Origin: a virus
Direction: 5' to 3' (one strand)
Virus record (IMG/VR): IMGVR_UViG_3300021141_000001
Length of the DNA stretch: 64,000 nt
Under the pieces are notes generated by a model. It did not search any database. It saw nothing but the letters and a program-made list of their open reading frames with translations, and had not been told where the DNA came from. Positions 57,319-64,000 of the stretch are shown in pieces (positions within the stretch are counted from its first letter, which is position 1; the number at the start of each line of letters is the position of its first letter). The translations under genes were made by a program, and so were the position numbers.

Positions 57319-60300
57319 TTATGGTGTAAGAACAATCCCGACCTTGCCAGCAACAGCAAATGGATCAGTTACACTTGAATACCAACCGTTTGTTGATATT
57401 GTAGATGCTGTTGCTGACACAATAGTTCTTTCTTGGTCGGTATTTTGTAAAAATATATTCCATATGTGACAAGAAGATGTTCCGCTCCAAGACATACCTC
57501 TGTTTAATATTTGTAAAGTATAATCATCTGTCACATAACCATTAAATTCAAATGATGAACCATACCAGTTACCATTTCTCCAAAGACCATTTTCCCAGAA
57601 AACATTAAAAGCATTCATATATTGAGATGTTCCATTTTCCCATATCATACCAGTAGCTGTTCCTATAATAAAGTTTCCATTTTTCCAGTGTGAGATATAA
57701 AAATCACTTCCATCTAAATCACCATTTTCCCAATAACAAGTATTATCATTAAAATTAAAAGATGCTGTTGCTGATCCATTTCTTTTTACATAAGGATTGA
57801 ATGAACTATTTTTAAATTTACCTCTCTCAAATACTCCGTTTAACCAAACAGAACTACTCATCTCGCCGCTAGAATGACTAAAAGTTCCGGATACCCAAAG
57901 ACCATTTTTAAATTTAGCACTTCTAGGTGGTTTATTTACACCTTCTAAACTCATAGCCATTACTTGTTTTGTGAAAAACTTTTGGTCTTTAACAAATTTA
58001 TCTTTAATATTTGTAAAAATACCATCTCTCCATTTACCCCAATATGATTGACTATAAGAATCAACAAATATATTAGCGTTTCCACTTGTTAATCCTGAAA
58101 CTGGATTTCCACCACTTCCTTGAAACTCACCATATAAAAATACACCATTATTCCATACTCTACCTTTAAATACACCACCATTAAATTCACCTGTGTACCA
58201 AGTTGAATTCGTTAAACCATTAGCATTTCCAAATTCACCACCATTAAATGTTCCTTTTTCCCAACCATAATCTAATTGTGATGTACTTTCACTTTGTGTC
58301 CAGCCATAAGCTGATGTAAACTTACCACCATTAAATGTTCCGTTTTTCCATTTACCATTAGTTATGAATTGACCACCATTAAATATACCTTTTTGCCATG
58401 TTGCTGAGTGTGTAGCGTTTTGTAATATATCAGAGCCAAAAACACCATTAACAAAAATACCATTTAACCAGTTTAAGTTTTGATTTAAATTTTGATAATA
58501 ACTTGTATCAATAGAATATAATGTAGCATTTTCAACAATAGCATAACTCACAGTACCATTATATAAATGTGTATCTAAAGTAGAAACTTGATTACTACCG
58601 ATAATACCTTTGTTAAAGACACCATCATACCATTTTGAGTAGTTAAAATTACCATTAGAGAATGTACCAGACTCCCAATCACTCTTATAAAAATCACCAT
58701 CAATGAAATTACCACTTTGCCAAGAGTTTCTATTATTTGGCAAAGTTCCTTTTCTATAATAGGAATTTATATTTTCAGAATAATAATAAGGACTCACAAC
58801 ACTTGATGTTCCATTAAATGTTCTTGAGTTATAAAACCAACCATTTAAGAAATCTCCTTCAATCCATCTTGAGTCTCTGACAACACCATTACTAAATGTA
58901 CCACCATTCCATATTGAGTTTTGTATAATTCCTGAATTCCATACATCATCACCTTGAACAAAGAATGAGTTAATATATGTAGCATTTGATAAAATATTTG
59001 AGTTGTTAGAAAATATAGCGTCGGAAATAACTAAATTTCTAGCTTTTGCTAAATTTGTAAGATCTTTATCTAAATAGTTATATTCTAAATTTTGAATTAA
59101 TGAACCAGATAAATAAGTTCTTCTCATTAATCCTGATTTAATATTTGATTTACTTATTTTAAGTTTTTTTAAATGACCATATCTATTCTCCGCCTTATTA
59201 GTGTAGTAATAACCATTTGATGCTGATAAACTAATTATTTGACTAGCAGTTCCAATTTCTCGTAGTTTATAAACACCATTTGTATTTGAAATAACTTTAT
59301 AAGCATCAGGAATTCTAGAAACAGTTCCCCAGTTAAAATCCACAGAGTCTAAAAATACAACATCTCCAACATTTATTAATTTAGATTCGGGGTAATTAGA
59401 ATCATAAGATGTAGTTGCTGTAATATAATTTGAAGAATCAATTGATAAGTTATAATTTTCACCTAATAATGTTTGTACAGTTATATTATTATCATTATTT
59501 GATTCAATATGAGAGCCACTATTCCAATCAGAGTTTTCAATTAAACCACTATCAAAATCAGCATCTACTATATAAGCACTTGATACATCTATAATATTAT
59601 TTAATGGAGTAAGACTTGAAGAGTTATAGTTAAAATCTAAATTTTCTGTTGTTAAAGATCCTGTTTTATCATATCTACTTGACCATATATCAATAGAATA
59701 ATATTTACTATTAGGATTTGTACCAGCAATCTCGGTATAATATTTTGGTCCAGTGTATGGAGGAAATATAGCAGTAGATGTGTAATACTTATAAGAGTTA
59801 TCAGCAGGTGTTGATAAGAAAGCAGAATATTCATATCCTTTTTTACCAACTGTTGTTACTCCAAAGTTTTCTTCTGTGTATTCTGTCCAAGAACCTATCT
59901 TGAATTTTTTATCAAAAAAGTTTATAATATCTTTAGATAGATTATTAATACCTAAACCTTTAATATAAAATTTATCACCTGTTCTTAATCTATCATATCC
60001 ACTTTTATCAATATAAAACTTATAAACTTTCTGAACAACGTCATTAATAGAACTGAATGTAACAGAAGTTATAGCAGAAAACTCAGATGCTGCTAATTCA
60101 TCATAGGCATATATTTTAATAATATTATCACTATTATAAAATGAATCTTTCAATACTGAATTATTAAAATATGAGTTTATAGATTTACTTTTTTCAAACT
60201 TTGAATTATTTGCCTTTGTGTTTTTTAATTCAGAATTTTCTAAATATGAATTATTGAACTCACAATCATTAAAAAATGCTTGTTTAATTTCATTTGTATA

Positions 60301-61629
60301 AGGTGATTCAATTCCTAATATCTCATCTTCGACTATTGAATAAGTAGCACTTGATTGAGTACCAAATGTAGTTGTATAAAATGAACCATTTGTTATAGTT
60401 GATGTTTCTATTATAGAGTTAGCAACAAAATTATAACCTCTACCTGCGTTATTAGGTGAGTTAATTTTTTGATAAGGCAATCCATAATTATCAAATGAAG
60501 AAAAATAACTTTCACTTGAAGTGTATAATGAATTCATTGTTCCTTTTTTCCAAATAGTATTAATTAAGGTTCCAACATTCCAAACTGACTTATCACCATG
60601 CCATTTAATTCTTTTATCATATTGACCATATAGACCACAGTTCCATTCACCTCTGAAGTTACCATCTCTAAAGTTATTTTTAGTTAAATATGGTTTAAAG
60701 TAAGTAACATCAACTTCCCAAGAAGATTGTGTTGGACCAACTACCCATTTATAAACATATCCTTCTTTGAATTCTCTTCCATTATAAGTGAAATCAGCAT
60801 TCATTATTTTTACTCTATTTACATTTGAATATGTAGGAGAAAGAGCATATGAATAAGAACCACTATTAATAAAGTTTGTTGTTATATTAGTCCAACTAGC
60901 TGTAGAACTTCTTACATAAAATCCAGGCGCACCTGAAACACCATTATTCAATCCCCAGTTTTGAGTAGTTGAATAATTACTATCAATAAATGCTATATTA
61001 TTTTGATACCATTCAAATTTATGATTTATTTTACCTTCTCTTGTAGTAATCGCTCTATTGGCATGTAAAAATTCAGACGTATCTCTAATGTAATAAACTT
61101 TTATTAATTGGTCATCTGTAGCTGTTGAATATGGTGTAACTCCTGTATAGTCTATATCTAAAACAACTTGGCATTTATCTATGTGTAGAATTTTATAACC
61201 GTCTCTACCTTTTTTATATTTATTTTTTTCAATTAATAAATCACTATCATAAGCACCATTTATTATAAATACTCTATCTCCAGCTTTTAATTCAGAATTA
61301 ACTTCAGTATAAAAAAGAGTTTTTATAGAACCTTTTATTTCATATGGCTCTACCCAATTTAATAACTTAGAACTAAATGTTTTATTTGAATTTGAAACAA
61401 GACCTATTAGTGGATCATATCCAACTAGTTTTATATCCTTTCCTAAGTTTTGTAACTCAGCTCTTGTTATAAGTTGAGGTTTTGTTGATATCGTATTAGC
61501 AACCGCCGAAATACTTGCGTTTGTTAAATTTGGCACACTACTAACCGGTTCTTTGTATTGAACCTCCATAATACTAGGAATCTTAAAGATTTTTTTTCTA
61601 ATATTTATATCAACTGAAAATGTCGCCAT
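57319..61629 (-). CDS. Large putative virion structural protein with extensive W/F-x-x-G pentapeptide repeats
   Basis: Repeated W..G.F.GG units over the C-terminal third; late-type promoter upstream. Confidence 0.65.
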   Translation of the reverse strand: MATFSVDINIRKKIFKIPSIMEVQYKEPVSSVPNLTNASISAVANTISTKPQLITRAELQNLGKDIKLVGYDPLIGLVSNSNKTFSSKLLNWVEPYEIKGSIKTLFYTEVNSELKAGDRVFIINGAYDSDLLIEKNKYKKGRDGYKILHIDKCQVVLDIDYTGVTPYSTATDDQLIKVYYIRDTSEFLHANRAITTREGKINHKFEWYQNNIAFIDSNYSTTQNWGLNNGVSGAPGFYVRSSTASWTNITTNFINSGSYSYALSPTYSNVNRVKIMNADFTYNGREFKEGYVYKWVVGPTQSSWEVDVTYFKPYLTKNNFRDGNFRGEWNCGLYGQYDKRIKWHGDKSVWNVGTLINTIWKKGTMNSLYTSSESYFSSFDNYGLPYQKINSPNNAGRGYNFVANSIIETSTITNGSFYTTTFGTQSSATYSIVEDEILGIESPYTNEIKQAFFNDCEFNNSYLENSELKNTKANNSKFEKSKSINSYFNNSVLKDSFYNSDNIIKIYAYDELAASEFSAITSVTFSSINDVVQKVYKFYIDKSGYDRLRTGDKFYIKGLGINNLSKDIINFFDKKFKIGSWTEYTEENFGVTTVGKKGYEYSAFLSTPADNSYKYYTSTAIFPPYTGPKYYTEIAGTNPNSKYYSIDIWSSRYDKTGSLTTENLDFNYNSSSLTPLNNIIDVSSAYIVDADFDSGLIENSDWNSGSHIESNNDNNITVQTLLGENYNLSIDSSNYITATTSYDSNYPESKLINVGDVVFLDSVDFNWGTVSRIPDAYKVISNTNGVYKLREIGTASQIISLSASNGYYYTNKAENRYGHLKKLKISKSNIKSGLMRRTYLSGSLIQNLEYNYLDKDLTNLAKARNLVISDAIFSNNSNILSNATYINSFFVQGDDVWNSGIIQNSIWNGGTFSNGVVRDSRWIEGDFLNGWFYNSRTFNGTSSVVSPYYYSENINSYYRKGTLPNNRNSWQSGNFIDGDFYKSDWESGTFSNGNFNYSKWYDGVFNKGIIGSNQVSTLDTHLYNGTVSYAIVENATLYSIDTSYYQNLNQNLNWLNGIFVNGVFGSDILQNATHSATWQKGIFNGGQFITNGKWKNGTFNGGKFTSAYGWTQSESTSQLDYGWEKGTFNGGEFGNANGLTNSTWYTGEFNGGVFKGRVWNNGVFLYGEFQGSGGNPVSGLTSGNANIFVDSYSQSYWGKWRDGIFTNIKDKFVKDQKFFTKQVMAMSLEGVNKPPRSAKFKNGLWVSGTFSHSSGEMSSSVWLNGVFERGKFKNSSFNPYVKRNGSATASFNFNDNTCYWENGDLDGSDFYISHWKNGNFIIGTATGMIWENGTSQYMNAFNVFWENGLWRNGNWYGSSFEFNGYVTDDYTLQILNRGMSWSGTSSCHIWNIFLQNTDQERTIVSATASTISTNGWYSSVTDPFAVAGKVGIVLTP

Positions 61630-61675
61630 CTATTACCAAAAGGATTTTATGTATATATTATTTATTAAGACTTTC

Positions 61676-61706
61676 TTTGTAATTAAACTTTATTTAATTA
61701 ACTTTG
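61676..61706 (+). promoter_or_regulatory. Bacteroidota-type primary sigma promoter
   Basis: TTTG 61676-61679, 19-nt spacer, TAACTTTG 61699-61706. Confidence 0.7.
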
Positions 61707-61715
61707 TAAAATAGT

Positions 61716-62450
61716 ATGAATAAGAAAAAAGTATTGATTTTTACTGGAGCAGGAGTTTCAGCTGAAAGTGGCGTTGCTACTTTTAGAACTGGTGATGATG
61801 GGCTTTGGTATAATCATAAAGTAGAAGATGTTGCCACACCTAGTGGGTGGCGTAGAGATAGAGAAAAAGTTCTTAATTTCTACAATATGCGTCGTGCTCA
61901 AATGAAAGATGTTGAGCCAAATTTGGCGCATAAAATAATTGCTGAATTAGAAAATGATTATGATGTTACTGTTGTAACTCAAAATGTTGATGATTTACAC
62001 GAAAGAGCAGGCTCAACTAATATTATTCATCTACATGGTGAGTTAACAAAAGCTAGAGGCTGTATGTATGATCATAAAACATCACCATTAGACACAGTTG
62101 TTGATGTGGGATATAATCCAATTAATATTGGAGATAAATGTCCAACAACTGGCTCTCAATTAAGACCTCATATTGTTTGGTTTGGTGAAGATTTAGATCC
62201 TGATTTTGTTGATATGGCTACTAAAGCGGCTAAAGAATGTGATGTATGTATTGTTGTTGGAACTTCAATGAAAGTTTCACCTGCTAATACAATTCCATTT
62301 TTGACTAGAGAAACTACTAAGATTTACTATGTAGATTTATCAGACCTTGATTTCTATGTACCAGAATACAGAAATGACTTATTTACTCATTACCAAGAAT
62401 TGGCATCAACTGGTATGGAAAAAGTTAAAAACGATTTAAAAAATATTTAA
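61716..62450 (+). CDS. cobB: Sir2-family NAD-dependent deacylase
   Basis: TGAGVSAESG..TFR, PN.AH, TQNVDDLHERAG, LHG, RPHIVWFGE, VGTS..V.PA. Confidence 0.92.
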   Translation: MNKKKVLIFTGAGVSAESGVATFRTGDDGLWYNHKVEDVATPSGWRRDREKVLNFYNMRRAQMKDVEPNLAHKIIAELENDYDVTVVTQNVDDLHERAGSTNIIHLHGELTKARGCMYDHKTSPLDTVVDVGYNPINIGDKCPTTGSQLRPHIVWFGEDLDPDFVDMATKAAKECDVCIVVGTSMKVSPANTIPFLTRETTKIYYVDLSDLDFYVPEYRNDLFTHYQELASTGMEKVKNDLKNI

Positions 62451-62451
62451 T

Positions 62452-62682
62452 ATGAAAGAAGAATATTACAAAGACATATTTGGTGGTAAAAAATATGGCG
62501 ACTATATGGTTTATGGTTTAGATAAATCTAAAGAATCTACATATAGTGATTACACTGATTTACTTGACCAAATGAACGCAACATCCTTCACTGAAGAATC
62601 TGAAGAACAAAAAGCTATTCGTGAAGCAAAAGAAAAGGCTGAGAAAAGAAATAATAAGATTGACCAACTTTTAGGAGAATAA
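62452..62682 (+). CDS. Small protein with C-terminal RxxK tag
   Basis: Ends KRNNKIDQLLGE. Confidence 0.6.
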   Translation: MKEEYYKDIFGGKKYGDYMVYGLDKSKESTYSDYTDLLDQMNATSFTEESEEQKAIREAKEKAEKRNNKIDQLLGE

Positions 62683-62683
62683 T

Positions 62684-63247
62684 ATGTCACAAATATCAAT
62701 TGTTGATTGGATTACGGCTTTATTAATAGTCGTGCCTTTATTTGCTTTACTTATATCAATTCCAAGTTTTATCTCTATGTATAAACTTGGATTCAAAGCT
62801 TATGTAGAACAATTGATACTTTTGAAAACAATGTTGAAAAAGATATCATCTGGATATAAAATTACTCAAAATCAAGTTTATAATTACAGCGGTGTTAGTT
62901 ATAATGGACCAAAATCAGTAACACAAGTTGAAACTAATCATTTCTTTCCAATAGTTATTAATAAAGATAATCTCTTAGTTCTTAATAAGAAAGAAGGTCC
63001 ATTTAATACTTTACATATTCAGTATTGTAAACATGAAAATGATAACTGGGATAATAATATGGTTGAGATAAAAACCAGCAATTGTTTATTTACTCAAATT
63101 CTAAATGACAGATTTCAAAAAAAAGTTGATAATCTTATGAAAGAGTCTGTTCAACTTGATGGAGTTGAAAATCTAAATGAACTATTAAATAGTGAAATAA
63201 CTTCTATTAAAAGAGAAGATAAACTTAATGCTTTATTAAATGATTAA
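62684..63247 (+). CDS. Membrane-anchored protein with C-terminal RxxK tag
   Basis: N-terminal TM helix; ends KREDKLNALLND. Confidence 0.6.
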   Translation: MSQISIVDWITALLIVVPLFALLISIPSFISMYKLGFKAYVEQLILLKTMLKKISSGYKITQNQVYNYSGVSYNGPKSVTQVETNHFFPIVINKDNLLVLNKKEGPFNTLHIQYCKHENDNWDNNMVEIKTSNCLFTQILNDRFQKKVDNLMKESVQLDGVENLNELLNSEITSIKREDKLNALLND

Positions 63248-63404
63248 AAGAGACATTGTAATAGTTGACCATATCAGTATGATAAGTGCTACTACGGTAG
63301 ACCCATCCATATTGGAAAAACTTAATATTCGTGTTAAGAATATTCGTAAGTATAGAGGTCGTATTGAAAAACGAAAAGAAAAAATAAAAAGAATTTATGA
63401 ATAA
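63240..63404 (+). CDS. 54-aa RxxK-tagged protein with SF4-helicase Walker-B-like peptide; not in ORF track
   Basis: MIKRDIVIVDHISMISATTVDPSILEKLNIRVKNIRKYRGRIEKRKEKIKRIYE; overlaps both neighbours by 8 nt. Confidence 0.6.
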   Translation: MIKRDIVIVDHISMISATTVDPSILEKLNIRVKNIRKYRGRIEKRKEKIKRIYE

Positions 63405-63585
63405 AGAAACTCTTGATATATTTGGTCAATATCTAAATGGTAATAAACAAATTATGATGTTGAAGGCTAGGCAAACTGGTAAGTCAAGTGCCACCGCTTC
63501 TTTAATGGCTTGGAAACATCTTCATAGTAAATATGAAAGAGCAAGAACGAGAAAAGAAACCATAAAACGGCTTTTTAATATATAA
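63397..63585 (+). CDS. 62-aa RxxK-tagged protein with terminase-large-subunit Walker-A-like peptide
   Basis: IMMLKARQTGKSS; ends TRKETIKRLFNI. Confidence 0.65.
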   Translation: MNKETLDIFGQYLNGNKQIMMLKARQTGKSSATASLMAWKHLHSKYERARTRKETIKRLFNI

Positions 63586-63609
63586 CTCAACAAAAAGAAA
63601 TAAAATTTT

Positions 63610-64000
63610 ATGAATTTACAAGAATTACTTAATAAATGGAATATCAAATGTGATGTTAATACATTACTTTCAATGTGGAATGAATCTCATAGATCTTATC
63701 ATACCTTAAATCACTTAAATGATGTGATTGACCAAATCAACGAAAGTAAGTCAAAATACTCTGATAAAGAATATGAGAAGTTGATGTTAACAGCTCTTTT
63801 TCACGATTGTGTTTATGACCCAATGAAAAGTGATAATGAAGAAAAGTCAGCTGACTTCTTTATGGAATGCTGTTCAGATAAATCTAATTCAGACGTTTTA
63901 GAAGTAAAACAAATGATTTTAGATACAAAGACTCACCAAGCTACAACAAACCTTTCAGAGTCTTTTAATTACTATGATATGAGTATTGTAGAAAGAGATT
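63610..64000 (+). CDS. HD-superfamily phosphohydrolase (partial, runs off window)
   Basis: Manual translation: HRSYHTLNHL...ALFHDCVYDP..SDNEEKSA. Confidence 0.8.
   Translation, partial: MNLQELLNKWNIKCDVNTLLSMWNESHRSYHTLNHLNDVIDQINESKSKYSDKEYEKLMLTALFHDCVYDPMKSDNEEKSADFFMECCSDKSNSDVLEVKQMILDTKTHQATTNLSESFNYYDMSIVERD

Noticed and set aside
735-59849. Short overlapping or antisense ORFs in the track (e.g. 735, 1234, 3120, 4244, 7089, 12289, 34560, 41338, 41407, 49057, 51090, 54658)
   Set aside because: They lie within longer, motif-supported genes on another frame or strand and have shadow-ORF composition.
61716-62450. Sir2 NADase of a Thoeris/DSR-type defence system
   Set aside because: The sequence has the full classical CobB deacylase motif set and no defence partner genes nearby.
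63397-63585. First exon of an intron-split terminase
   Set aside because: The ORF ends in the shared tag and is followed within about 25 nt by a promoter motif and an HD-domain gene; no intron-like sequence is visible.
1-64000. Alternative genetic code (TAG/TGA reassignment, as in some large Bacteroidota phages)
   Set aside because: Standard-code ORFs tile the window densely, including 1100-2400-aa genes, and conserved enzymes are full length.
1-64000. Eukaryotic giant virus origin (ankyrin, SET, DnaJ, collagen-like repeats)
   Set aside because: bS21, GreA, UvsX, gp46, Bacteroidota promoters, intrinsic terminators and overlapping operons indicate a bacteriophage.

Overview
A gene-dense, very AT-rich 64-kb segment of a large (jumbo/huge) tailed dsDNA phage with T4-like core genes: a UvsX/RecA recombinase, a gp46/SbcC ATPase, a RuvC-like resolvase, PhoH, and large tail/baseplate-type proteins. 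It reads in the standard genetic code. The host is very probably Bacteroidota: there are repeated TTTG-N19-TAnnTTTG promoters, no obvious Shine-Dalgarno signal, a phage bS21, and Bacteroidota-type Hc1 and DUF2589 genes. Host-takeover and auxiliary genes include cysK, greA, rpsU, a DnaJ-like protein, a sirtuin, a SET-domain protein, two NUDIX and two HAD proteins, an M28 peptidase and an atypical tRNA-Cys. Two mutually exclusive peptide tags organise the accessory proteome. (1) About 15 proteins, mostly behind a TAATATATA late-type promoter, start with a T4 capsid-targeting-like leader (M-x-K-x-Y-x-x-F-[IL]-x-E) and are probably packaged and injected. (2) About 17 mostly small proteins carry a shared amphipathic R-x-x-K-[IL]-x-x-[IL]-[LF] motif. 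Several of the second group consist of little more than that motif plus an isolated signature peptide of an essential protein: the major-capsid Gol-like segment, the tail-sheath N-terminus, terminase Walker A and coupling motifs, family-B polymerase motif B, helicase Walker B, a portal clip segment and the ClpC UVR coil. This 'decoy fragment + common docking tag' array is the main candidate for an undescribed system (anti-defence decoys or adaptors, or phage-phage interference). All family assignments come from motifs read by eye and reference motifs recalled from memory; no database searches were run.
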